From Vibrio gazogenes (GTDB taxonomy: Bacteria; Pseudomonadota; Gammaproteobacteria; Enterobacterales; Vibrionaceae), in contig NZ_CP092587.1 of the NCBI RefSeq assembly GCF_023920225.1, positions 3,025,709 to 3,065,708 on the forward strand: a stretch of 40,000 bases of DNA. The letters are read 5' to 3'. This document shows positions 1-10,032 of the stretch, in pieces (the first letter of the stretch is position 1; each line of letters begins with the position of its first letter). The position numbers and the translations under genes are program-made. The notes under the pieces were generated by a model. That model was not told the DNA's origin. It did not search any database and was given only the letters and a program-made list of their open reading frames with translations.

Positions 1-2964
1 ATAAAGATGCAGTTGATCCAAAGCCACACTCAAATCATAGGGCGCAATATAATTGGCTTTCCCTTTCACTTCTTGGCTCTGGAGGTTCATACGCCAGCCA
101 AAACTTTTATGTCGGGCAAGAAAATCCACATCATGCCATTCCAGTGACGCCAGTGTCAGATCTTTCACCTGCAATTCAACATGATCCGGTACCGGAATTT
201 GTGGCATTGACATCGCTTGACGGACATTGGTTTTCGGTGCACCAGAAGACGCTTCTTCTTGGGTCAGCAAGGTAATCCATTGATCGAGATCGAAATGGTC
301 CAGACGGATGGTGGCTGAATGGCCGACAATCGGACTGACTTTAAAGCTCCCGTTCCCCAGAATCAGGTTGGTTGCCGTGAGCACTGGCTCGGATTGTGTG
401 ACATCGATTTCTGTCTGATACTTGCCATGAGGCACCTGAAGCCGGGCACTGATTGTTTCCTGATTACCAGAAATCTGTAGGACGCCTTTCCCTGATTCCT
501 GAGCCTTTTTATTGAGTGGATAAGGATACAGACTGGCTATCGCTTGCAAATCAGTGTTCAAGTTTGCCTGATAAGAAAAACCAATATCATTGAGTTGAAT
601 ATCAACGCCCATCTCCCACGGTGCATGCCCGGAGAGCGGTGCAATCCATTTTTGGCCGACATAAGATGCCAAGGGCGTGACTTCCCAATCGCCGACCGTA
701 TCGATATGAACATTGTATCCCTTGCTGCTGCTTTCTCCCTGAAAATCCCATGTAACAGGTTGACCGAGCATCTCCCCCTGCAACGATGACGCAGTGACTA
801 CATCATTATCAAACCGGATACGTCCGGAAACTTTGCGTAAATCAAGTGGCGGGGATTGAATATCAACGCGGTTGTTCTTGAGGTCAGCCCAGCCCCATGC
901 TCTCGGCTCTTGGTGGCTTTCAAAAGGAATATTGAGCTGAAACTCAGATTGAATCTTGCCGTTAACCTGCACAGTCGTTAATGCGGCACCGACCGAATGA
1001 ACCAACGGGGTCGATGTCATAAAGTCACGCAGCGCATTCCCTTGGGCTTGGGCTTTTGCTTCAATTTCAATATGGCCCGAATGCATTAATGCCGGTATCC
1101 GTCCGGTTATCCGTAGCGCGTTCACATCCATCAGATGCGCCTTTCTCGAATCAAGATACATGGACTCATTCTGAAACAGCAGATTTAGCTGTAAATCGGT
1201 TAAAGGTGGCCATGCCGTATTGTAACTGAACCGGGCATTTTTCAACCCGACCCAAGCCTGAAAAATACCGTTATTACGCTGATAAGGAAAATCCTTGAGA
1301 CGCCCGTACCACAATATTTTCGCCGTTTTAACCTTCCCGCCCTGAATGGCAGTCGACAGATAATCGGTCAACTCATCGCCTAATGCCCGGACCGGCAAAT
1401 AACGCCATGTTTCTCCGGCTTGAAAGAGATCAACTTCACTATATAGTGACAGTAACGGACTCTGATCATGGAAAACATCCAGTTTAAATTGACCAACAGT
1501 CTGTAAATCCGGCGTGCGTACGGCTACGTGATCTGACCATAAGGACCAGCCATCCGCCGTAGACTGCCAGACTAAATTAACCTGACCTTTTTGGATAATC
1601 AGCGGTGCCTGAAACACATCACCGTAAGGGAGCGTGTCATCATCCAGATTGGCACGAATCACCGCTTTATCGGTGTTGCCACGGATACTTGCCTGAAGAT
1701 GATGCACTTCTGGCAATAAATACCACTGCTGAATCGCGCCTTCGGAAAGTTGCGCGGAATATTGTCGGATGCCCTGCATATCACCGGCTAAGCGAATATC
1801 ATGCAAGGTACCTTCCGGTTTCAGTTGTGTCAGCACTCCTTGCAATTGCTCTGACAAAGGCATCCGTTTAATCAACGGCACTAATGAACCGATGTTAATC
1901 TCACCGATATTCATCAGCCAATGATCAGGCTGCCATTTCATCAAAAAATTGAGTTCCGGCCATTGGGTCTCGTCTGTTTGCAATACCACAGACTGAGCTT
2001 GAATCACCATGCCATCTTGCTTCGGAATCAGCCGGAACACCCCTTCTTGCATATGTAAACGGTGTTGTTTACTTGTCGCTGAATCTGCATGTTGAGTGGA
2101 TAAATCCGACCAGAACAGATCGGAAGGACGAACCTGCACATAGCCATCTTTCGGGGTATTGTGTTCGAGCGTCAACCAGCCATCAAAACTAACCTGCCCA
2201 CTATGAATACCTGTCTCTTTTTTCAGGTACTGAGTCAGCCATGGACCAACGCTAATTTTGTCCGAACTGACATAGAACTGGCCAGAAATATCATGGAATG
2301 AGTCAAAATCTTCAAAGTCAGCACGAACAGAAAGAGAGTTAATACCGGTATTGGTGACACTGACCACGCCTTGGGCCTGATGGTGGTGACCATTATTCTT
2401 CCATTTCAGTCTGGCAATTTCCAACTGTCGGACATCACCCGAGATTGAACGGTAACGAATAGTCGAGTCCAGAACCGAAAAATCATCAAGTTGACGCAGA
2501 AAAATATTGTCCAGATGACGAATGGTTTCCTGTTGTACTTTCTTTTGCTCTTGGGAATCATTGGATGACTGTTGTTGAAACAGATCAACCGAACTCACAT
2601 CTAGTTTTGACTGGTGAATGACTAAGTTGGCAATCACGGGCTGCCATTGCAGCAATGATTTAAATAAATCGAATTCAATATCAACCCGATCCGCGGCAAA
2701 ATGAATATTCGATTCATCGGGTAAATGCGCTCGAAATCCCGTCAAAGACAGAGATGGGTGACGGTTACGCCAGAATCCTTGTATATCCTTCACAGAAAAC
2801 TGAATTTCAGCCTGCCGGTTCATCCATTCGGTCATCGGTATCTGATACTGATTCATATGAGGTAAAGCTACTCTCAAAGCTGAAATCAGAATCGCAAGCA
2901 AAACCAACAGGCTTAATAAAAGCCATAATGATGTCCGAACAAGACGAGAAACTATAAAACGCAC
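1..2964 (-). CDS. yhdP: AsmA2-family inner-membrane protein YhdP, N-terminal ~988 codons (3' end runs off the window)
   Basis: It is absent from the ORF track because there is no stop codon inside the window. Hand translation of the reverse strand from GTG at 2964 gives VRFIVSRLVRTSLWLLLSLLVLLAILISALRVALPHMNQYQIPMTEWMNRQAEIQF... This shows one N-terminal TM helix followed by an ALRxALPH-type motif, as I recall for E. coli YhdP. The gene sits directly downstream of rng, as in the E. coli mreBCD-yhdE-rng-yhdP order. Only the first ~150 codons were translated by hand; the rest is assumed open. Confidence 0.8.
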   Translation of the reverse strand, partial: MRFIVSRLVRTSLWLLLSLLVLLAILISALRVALPHMNQYQIPMTEWMNRQAEIQFSVKDIQGFWRNRHPSLSLTGFRAHLPDESNIHFAADRVDIEFDLFKSLLQWQPVIANLVIHQSKLDVSSVDLFQQQSSNDSQEQKKVQQETIRHLDNIFLRQLDDFSVLDSTIRYRSISGDVRQLEIARLKWKNNGHHHQAQGVVSVTNTGINSLSVRADFEDFDSFHDISGQFYVSSDKISVGPWLTQYLKKETGIHSGQVSFDGWLTLEHNTPKDGYVQVRPSDLFWSDLSTQHADSATSKQHRLHMQEGVFRLIPKQDGMVIQAQSVVLQTDETQWPELNFLMKWQPDHWLMNIGEINIGSLVPLIKRMPLSEQLQGVLTQLKPEGTLHDIRLAGDMQGIRQYSAQLSEGAIQQWYLLPEVHHLQASIRGNTDKAVIRANLDDDTLPYGDVFQAPLIIQKGQVNLVWQSTADGWSLWSDHVAVRTPDLQTVGQFKLDVFHDQSPLLSLYSEVDLFQAGETWRYLPVRALGDELTDYLSTAIQGGKVKTAKILWYGRLKDFPYQRNNGIFQAWVGLKNARFSYNTAWPPLTDLQLNLLFQNESMYLDSRKAHLMDVNALRITGRIPALMHSGHIEIEAKAQAQGNALRDFMTSTPLVHSVGAALTTVQVNGKIQSEFQLNIPFESHQEPRAWGWADLKNNRVDIQSPPLDLRKVSGRIRFDNDVVTASSLQGEMLGQPVTWDFQGESSSKGYNVHIDTVGDWEVTPLASYVGQKWIAPLSGHAPWEMGVDIQLNDIGFSYQANLNTDLQAIASLYPYPLNKKAQESGKGVLQISGNQETISARLQVPHGKYQTEIDVTQSEPVLTATNLILGNGSFKVSPIVGHSATIRLDHFDLDQWITLLTQEEASSGAPKTNVRQAMSMPQIPVPDHVELQVKDLTLASLEWHDVDFLARHKSFGWRMNLQSQEVKGKANYIAPYDLSVALDQLHLY

Positions 2965-2983
2965 AATACCCTACTCAGTTAAG

Positions 2984-4453
2984 TCACATCATGACAACGT
3001 CAAACTGTTCCTGGACATATAAATGTTCCGCTTGAATCCGTACCTGTTTGCCGATAAAGACCTCAAGCTCTGCCAATGCATGCGATTCATCACCCTGTAG
3101 AGAATCCGCGACCGCTGGCGAAGCATAGACGACAAAGTTATCGGCATCATAAGCACGGTTAACTCGGGTGATTTCACGCAAAATTTCAAAACAAACGGTT
3201 TCAACAGTTTTGACTTGTCCACGTCCTTCACATGTTGGACAAGTCGAACACAATACATGTTCAATACTTTCCCGTGTTCTTTTGCGTGTCATCTCGACCA
3301 ATCCCAAATGCGTGAAACCATTGATATTGGTTTTAACACGATCTTTACTCAGTGCCGTTTCTAAAGAGGTCAGCACGCGAGTCCGGTGTTCTTCCGAGAC
3401 CATATCAATAAAATCAATAATAATGATACCACCCAAATTGCGCAGCCGAAGTTGACGGGCAATCGCTTGGGTTGCTTCTATATTGGTGTTGAAAATCGTC
3501 TCTTCCAGATTACGACGGCCGACAAACGCACCGGTATTAATATCAATGGTGGTCATGGCTTCTGTTTGGTCGATAATCAGATAGCCACCGGATTTCAGCT
3601 CAACCTTACGCTCCAGAGAACGCTGGATTTCATTCTCTGTATCATACATATCAAAAATAGGTTTATCGCCTTCATACAACACCAGCTTTTCGGTCAGTTC
3701 CGGCACATATTCAGAGGTAAATTCTTTGAGGTTTTCAAACTCCAGACGCGAGTCTACTAACACTTTGGTTAAATCGGTTCCGACGAAATCTCTGAGGATC
3801 CGTTGTGACAGTCCCAATTCGCCATAAAGGGTAGTACGCGTTTTATACTTTGCCCGCCGCTCGATGATCTTGCTCCACAAGCGCTTGAGAAAAGCGGCAT
3901 CCTGAGAGAGTTCTTTCTCATCCGCACCTTCTGCCGCAGTACGGATAATGAAGCCTCCCAATTCATCACAATAATTGGCGACGATATTCTTGAGACGTTC
4001 TCTTTCACTCTCACTTTCAATTCGTTGGGAAACACCGACATGACTAGCTCCGGGCATGAAGACCAGATAACGGGAAGGTAACGTAATATCCGTCGTCAGG
4101 CGGGCGCCTTTTGTGCCGAGCGGATCTTTGACAACCTGTACGACGATATCTTGTCCCTGACGGACAAGTTCAGAGATATCGCGCACCTGAAACTGCTGCT
4201 TTTCATTTTCCGCCACACACTCAGTGTGAGGAACAATATCCGAAGCATGAAGAAAAGCGGCCTTATCCAGACCGATATCAACAAATGCAGCCTGCATACC
4301 GGGCAGCACCCGGCTCACTTTTCCTTTATAGATATTTCCGACGATACCGCGTTTTGCATCCCGCTCGATATGGATTTCCTGAAGGACGCCACCCTCTATC
4401 ATCGCCACGCGACTCTCACTCGGAGTTACATTCAACAACAACTCTGCACTCAT
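2984..4453 (-). CDS. rng: Ribonuclease G
   Basis: 489-aa ORF with long blocks matching E. coli RNase G as recalled: GNIYKGKVSRVLPGMQAAFVDIGLDKAAFLHASDI (S1 domain), LGGIIIIDFIDM, CPTCEGRG and the C-terminal QEQFDVVMM. Conserved position after maf. Confidence 0.96.
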   Translation of the reverse strand: MSAELLLNVTPSESRVAMIEGGVLQEIHIERDAKRGIVGNIYKGKVSRVLPGMQAAFVDIGLDKAAFLHASDIVPHTECVAENEKQQFQVRDISELVRQGQDIVVQVVKDPLGTKGARLTTDITLPSRYLVFMPGASHVGVSQRIESESERERLKNIVANYCDELGGFIIRTAAEGADEKELSQDAAFLKRLWSKIIERRAKYKTRTTLYGELGLSQRILRDFVGTDLTKVLVDSRLEFENLKEFTSEYVPELTEKLVLYEGDKPIFDMYDTENEIQRSLERKVELKSGGYLIIDQTEAMTTIDINTGAFVGRRNLEETIFNTNIEATQAIARQLRLRNLGGIIIIDFIDMVSEEHRTRVLTSLETALSKDRVKTNINGFTHLGLVEMTRKRTRESIEHVLCSTCPTCEGRGQVKTVETVCFEILREITRVNRAYDADNFVVYASPAVADSLQGDESHALAELEVFIGKQVRIQAEHLYVQEQFDVVMM

Positions 4454-4473
4454 GAGCGCACCTCAATTTGATT

Positions 4474-5043
4474 TTATAAAAATTTATGCAAGAGCTGGTC
4501 AGTTTCAAATAGCGGTAGCCCGACAACGGCAAAATAACTACCTTCAATCCGAGTTACAAATTTTCCACCCAATCCCTGAATTCCATAACTGCCAGCCTTA
4601 TCACACGGTTCACCCGATTGCCAATAACGTTCTATCTCATCATCCGACAACGGCTTAAACCATACATCGGTGGTTACAACTATCGTGTGTGTTTGTTGGG
4701 CATCGGTCACCGTCACTGCGGTCATGACCCGATGGTTTCGCCCAGAAAGCTGTAAGAGCATCTGCCGAGCATGCGTCAAACATGTCGGTTTTTCGAGAAT
4801 ATGCTGATCAATCACCACAATCGTATCAGCACCTAAAACAACCGCTTGCTCCGACCTCACCATGTCCAAACCCGCGATCGCCTTCTCTCGGGATAATCTC
4901 GACACATAGGCTTTTGCTGATTCATGGGCCTGATGCGCTTCTACGACCTCAGGTAAAATAATGTCGAACGAGTAACCTAACTGCGTCAGGAGCTCTTTTC
5001 GTCTCGGGGAAGCTGATGCAAGATAAAGTATTCGGTCATTCAT
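4474..5043 (-). CDS. maf: Maf-like nucleoside triphosphate pyrophosphatase (YhdE-type)
   Basis: The ORF-track start at 5106 is an in-frame upstream extension. The ATG at 5043 (MNDRILYLASASPRRKELL...) overlaps the mreD stop as ATGA. It has the Maf signature ASxSPRR and a GSYGIQG motif. Confidence 0.9.
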   Translation of the reverse strand: MNDRILYLASASPRRKELLTQLGYSFDIILPEVVEAHQAHESAKAYVSRLSREKAIAGLDMVRSEQAVVLGADTIVVIDQHILEKPTCLTHARQMLLQLSGRNHRVMTAVTVTDAQQTHTIVVTTDVWFKPLSDDEIERYWQSGEPCDKAGSYGIQGLGGKFVTRIEGSYFAVVGLPLFETDQLLHKFL

Positions 5044-5528
5044 CGAATATTCCAGTAGCGTCTCACTCGTCTCAGCAGTAGGAAAAGCCACGGCCACAGA
5101 ATGCAACTAATGATCCCGCCCCATAAAGAAAGCGCATTGAACTCAACGGGCCTGAACAAAAATTCGCCTCCCAGAACCATGACATCAAGTGCGATTGTCA
5201 GTAATCCGATCACGATCGCCTGCTGCCACAACGCCATATTCCGCAGAATCAAAAAATTCATCGCAACAATATACACAATAATAGACAACATCATGCCACG
5301 GATTCCCAAGGTCGATCCGAGAATCAAGTCCCAGAGTAACCCAAGTACCAGCGCAGTTCCGACATTCACACGATGAGGCAGTGCAAGTACCCAATAACAG
5401 AGAATCAGTAGAATCCATGAAGGGCGCAATAACTCAAACGTTCCCGGCCATGGGATAGTCTGTAAAACGAGTGCACAAAAGAAGGATATCCAGATCACAA
5501 CATGCCCTTTCAGGACTTTATTGGCCAC
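5040..5528 (-). CDS. mreD: Rod shape-determining protein MreD
   Basis: 162-aa polytopic hydrophobic protein lying between mreC and maf. It overlaps the mreC 3' end by 11 nt. Confidence 0.9.
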   Translation of the reverse strand: MANKVLKGHVVIWISFFCALVLQTIPWPGTFELLRPSWILLILCYWVLALPHRVNVGTALVLGLLWDLILGSTLGIRGMMLSIIVYIVAMNFLILRNMALWQQAIVIGLLTIALDVMVLGGEFLFRPVEFNALSLWGGIISCILWPWLFLLLRRVRRYWNIR

Positions 5529-6405
5529 GCTGCCCCTCCTTATCCAATGTATCCATTAAAGACTGACGGGCGTTCTTTTGTCGATCCTCATTCGGCCAGA
5601 CCAGCAACAAATAGCGTAAGCGATCAAAATCAACCACCGGCGTTGCTTCAATCACAGCGAACTCACGACGAGTGTCTTTATCCACTTTGGACACTTTGGC
5701 AACAGGATAACCTTCCGGATAAATGCCCCCTAACCCTGAGGATGCTAATAAATCTCCCACTTCAATATCGGTACTACTCGGAATATGTTCCAGTTGAATA
5801 TACTCCGATTGACCATTACCGGAAGCAATCACCCGAATATCATTACGTAGATCCTGAACAGGAATCGCACTATTTGCATCAATCAGCAATAAAACCCGGC
5901 TATTATGCGCTGCCACAAAAGTCACCTGACCGACAATTCCGTTTTCATTAATGACGGGTTGGCCTTCATAGACACCATCAGTGCGGCCTTTATCAATGAC
6001 AACTTGGTGGGTATAAGGTGAAGTATCGACAGCCATCACTTCCGTGACCATCTTGCGCTCATCCCGGACAAAAGAAGATCCCAGTAGCTTTCTTAAGCGC
6101 TGATTCTCTTCTTTGTACTGATTGAATAAAATCAGATCACTTCTGAGCGTCAACACTTCTTGTTTCAGGCGTTGATTCGATTTCAATAGCGTCCGATGAC
6201 TCTGCATTCGCTCATATAAACCATCAAATAAAACTCGTGGCAGGTCAGCAGCATACTGAATGGGTGCAACGAAACTGTTGAGGAAATAACGTACGTGAGA
6301 AAAAGTATTTAAACGACTATCAGCCAGCATGAGACTGGCTGATAAAACAACGGCAAAAAATAGACGTAGCGAAAGAGATGGACCTCGCCCAAAAATTGGC
6401 TTCAT
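5518..6405 (-). CDS. mreC: Rod shape-determining protein MreC
   Basis: 295 aa with an N-terminal TM segment (LRLFFAVVLSASLMLA), a coiled-coil region (LKQEVLTLRSDL..ENQRLRKLL) and a beta-rich periplasmic domain. It lies immediately downstream of mreB. Confidence 0.94.
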   Translation of the reverse strand: MKPIFGRGPSLSLRLFFAVVLSASLMLADSRLNTFSHVRYFLNSFVAPIQYAADLPRVLFDGLYERMQSHRTLLKSNQRLKQEVLTLRSDLILFNQYKEENQRLRKLLGSSFVRDERKMVTEVMAVDTSPYTHQVVIDKGRTDGVYEGQPVINENGIVGQVTFVAAHNSRVLLLIDANSAIPVQDLRNDIRVIASGNGQSEYIQLEHIPSSTDIEVGDLLASSGLGGIYPEGYPVAKVSKVDKDTRREFAVIEATPVVDFDRLRYLLLVWPNEDRQKNARQSLMDTLDKEGQRGQ

Positions 6406-6462
6406 GATGACAATCCCGTATTGCAGCGTTTCTTCATCTCAAACAATGACACAAAGATGGCA

Positions 6463-7515
<1,053 letters not shown>

Positions 7516-7684
7516 TCATCCTGCAAGAAAATTGAAGATTAAAATTCCGTTAAATGTACCAATGCCTTGCTGTCACAGCAAGATATAGACACAGAAACAT
7601 GGACAGAAACACGCAATTTCTAACAGATTTCTTACTCAAGGCTAAGATTCCGTCTGAAATAGCACCGAATCTTAGTCTGTTCTG

Positions 7685-9673
7685 TCAGCGCAGAGCGGGT
7701 TTCGTTTTCCAGCGTTTCCGTTTCCCCGGTTTAACATTTGTTATTCGAGGCTTAGGAATCCATTGAGATTCGACATCAAATAATCGTCCTTGAACACCGT
7801 TGACCCCCAAAGACTGAAGTATTTTCCATTCGCCTTCGGATTCAACACCAACGGCGATAATCTGAGTGTCCGCACCACGGCAGACACCAACCATACTCCG
7901 AACGAACAACTGGTTCTCGGAACGTCGTTCGATCCCTTTGACCAGACTACGGTGAAGTTTCAGATAGTCAATTTTGAATTCTTTGATGTAATGCGTACTG
8001 ACAATCGTGCGCCCGACCTGTCCAACCACAATCTGGCAGTTGAACGCCGCAATCATTTTTAGTACGGGCCGCATATAGTCAAGATGTTTGACTAAATGAC
8101 TTTCCGTAAACTCAAAGCAGAGCCGCTGACGATACGCTTGAGGCAGTTGCATCAACAAATTCCTGAACCAGATAAAATGCGTACGCTGAGCAAATGAAGT
8201 GACATATAAATTGATCGAATATATATCAGTTCCTGCGCCTTCCTCACGGAGAAACCGTACGACGCGATGAGTGGTAACACGATCCAGCACCATCTCGTAT
8301 CCGACAGCGACAATCGCTGAGATAAACCGAGACGTTTTCATAAAGCCCTGCCCCGGTTCGGGAATTCTGACAAAAAGTTCTCGATGAGCAACCGAGAGTT
8401 GCTTTTGACGAGAGATGACATAACAGTCCTGTTTGAACAAACATATTTTCTCTTCTGTCAGATTATGTTCAAACAAACTCCGCCACCGGACGTTGCCTCT
8501 TTCATCATCGACCGTTTTAACCTTGTTAAAACGACTCCACGCATTGACGCCTTCCAGTTGGGCGCTTTTTAATGCAGTCTCCACCTCATCAATAATTTTC
8601 CCCCATTGTTCACCTTCGGTGTACATCGTGATGCCGATATGGCACCAGTTACTCCGATCCAGCGGCACAGGCGGACTAAGCCGATCGATACCTTTCAAGC
8701 ATTGAACCGCGACTTGAGCCACTTCTTTTGAACTTTGGTGGGGGATCAACACCGAGAAAACCGCATTATAATAACGCGATAGAATGGCATCCGGATAACG
8801 TTGGATCACATTCGAAATACATTCCCCGACCTGAACAACCAAATGATCGAATTCCGCTTTATCAAGCCCGTCCAGTTCATCGATCTGTAACATCAGTACA
8901 CCGCCACGTGCATCATTTTCAAGTAAAGCGGCTTCCAGCTTGCTATCAAATAACACTCGGTTGGCTGTGCCCGTCAGTTGATCCAAGAATGTCTGCGTGC
9001 GGATAAATGTATCAAAACGACTTCGTTCCTGTCGGGCATCCTGAAGCTCTTCAATCAGTCGGTCGAGCGCCTCACTCGCGGTATAAGGCCATTCTCTTTC
9101 ATCCCCCTTTGCATAACGTTCTACCTGCCCTGCAAGGATCATTCTGCCGCGTTCTTCAAGCAATTCAGAACCAAGCAATTGAGCCTGTAACCATTTCACA
9201 CCTCTGAGCAGACACACAATGATCAAAATCACTGCAAAGGTTGTAGACCACATGGCACTGAAAGAGTAAGTAAAACCGATATAGGGCGGGACAGCCTTAA
9301 AATGTAAGGTGTAATCATGATTGCGTTTCAGATCAAAATTCGCATGATACAACCGACTTTCCTCAACCGAGGAAGTGGTATCTTTAAATCGGTACACGAC
9401 ACCTGCTTTCGAAGTGAGTGTCATTTCAACGATATTACTGGCATGAAGTAACTTGGGAACCCAGCGCTGCATAGAATAGGCAGCATCAGGTTCATCTAAT
9501 TCTTTATCAATAACTTCAACCACACCATATAGGTAATGATTGAGATATTCATGTCCCAACCGTTGAAAAGAAAGAGTTCCGCCAATAAACAAGATAAAAA
9601 TCGCCCCAGTCACAATCATCGTGACCACCGCAACCAATCGGGTGCTGAGCTTGAGCGTTGGCGTATATCTCAT
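7685..9673 (-). CDS. csrD: Degenerate GGDEF-EAL membrane protein, CsrD/MshH-like (RNase E specificity factor for CsrB/C decay in E. coli)
   Basis: The ORF-track start at 9682 is a TTG. The ATG at 9673 (MRYTPTLKLSTRLVAVVTMIV...) parallels E. coli CsrD MRLTTKF... There are two TM helices, a degenerate GGDEF position (RYYNAVFSVLIPH versus E. coli RYHRSDFAALLPH), a degenerate EAL (ELFVR) and a shared GNVRWRSL block. The gene is adjacent to mreB, as yhdA/csrD is in E. coli. Confidence 0.78.
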   Translation of the reverse strand: MRYTPTLKLSTRLVAVVTMIVTGAIFILFIGGTLSFQRLGHEYLNHYLYGVVEVIDKELDEPDAAYSMQRWVPKLLHASNIVEMTLTSKAGVVYRFKDTTSSVEESRLYHANFDLKRNHDYTLHFKAVPPYIGFTYSFSAMWSTTFAVILIIVCLLRGVKWLQAQLLGSELLEERGRMILAGQVERYAKGDEREWPYTASEALDRLIEELQDARQERSRFDTFIRTQTFLDQLTGTANRVLFDSKLEAALLENDARGGVLMLQIDELDGLDKAEFDHLVVQVGECISNVIQRYPDAILSRYYNAVFSVLIPHQSSKEVAQVAVQCLKGIDRLSPPVPLDRSNWCHIGITMYTEGEQWGKIIDEVETALKSAQLEGVNAWSRFNKVKTVDDERGNVRWRSLFEHNLTEEKICLFKQDCYVISRQKQLSVAHRELFVRIPEPGQGFMKTSRFISAIVAVGYEMVLDRVTTHRVVRFLREEGAGTDIYSINLYVTSFAQRTHFIWFRNLLMQLPQAYRQRLCFEFTESHLVKHLDYMRPVLKMIAAFNCQIVVGQVGRTIVSTHYIKEFKIDYLKLHRSLVKGIERRSENQLFVRSMVGVCRGADTQIIAVGVESEGEWKILQSLGVNGVQGRLFDVESQWIPKPRITNVKPGKRKRWKTKPALR

Positions 9674-10032
9674 GAATATCAAATCCTTTTATATTCATTG
9701 AAAAATTGAATTGTCTTTCATTCAGGATACAACAAATCATGTCATATGACGGTGAGTCGTATAACATGATCAAAAATAACAGGGAAACACTGACCATTCC
9801 ATCGAGGACAATATATACCTGAACCGAAGTATCCAAAAGAACACCTTCATTCACTTTTTACGCGCAAGCTTGGTTTAATTCTGCCTGTTCCTTTCTTTTC
9901 TCAGATAATTCCCCCTATTTCATCAAGATATCCGTCGTAATAACCGATTTTCTCTAACTTAGCTTCATCGAGATAGTTCAACGTAAATTTGAGAGATCCC
10001 TCCCATAAAGCAGCGTATCAACCACCGCACAG

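Noticed and set aside
5044-5106. Longer N-terminal extensions offered by the ORF track for maf (5106), csrD (9682), hypD (13777), hupE (17043), hydN (22815), hyfE (29463), hyfB (33899), lysC (36168) and the aminotransferase (36558).
   Set aside because: These upstream starts are mostly TTG codons or overlap the preceding gene. They lack SD sequences and add residues with no counterpart in the homologues I recall. Downstream ATG/GTG codons with good SDs were preferred, and start calls remain provisional.
9549-9854. 101-aa minus-strand ORF spanning the csrD 5' end and upstream region.
   Set aside because: It overlaps the csrD start by ~125 nt in another frame. The sequence is AT-rich promoter-type DNA, and the ORF has no SD and no recognisable motifs. 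It is most likely spurious.
9855-10032. A short open stretch on the minus strand just downstream of hypB (…LWEGSLKFTLNYLDEAKLEKIGYYDGYLDEIGGII*) that could be a C-terminal gene remnant marking an old insertion junction.
   Set aside because: It is only ~35 codons, bounded upstream by a TGA, and has no ATG or SD. I cannot assign it to any family from memory. It is noted as a TBLASTN target only and is not supportable as a feature.
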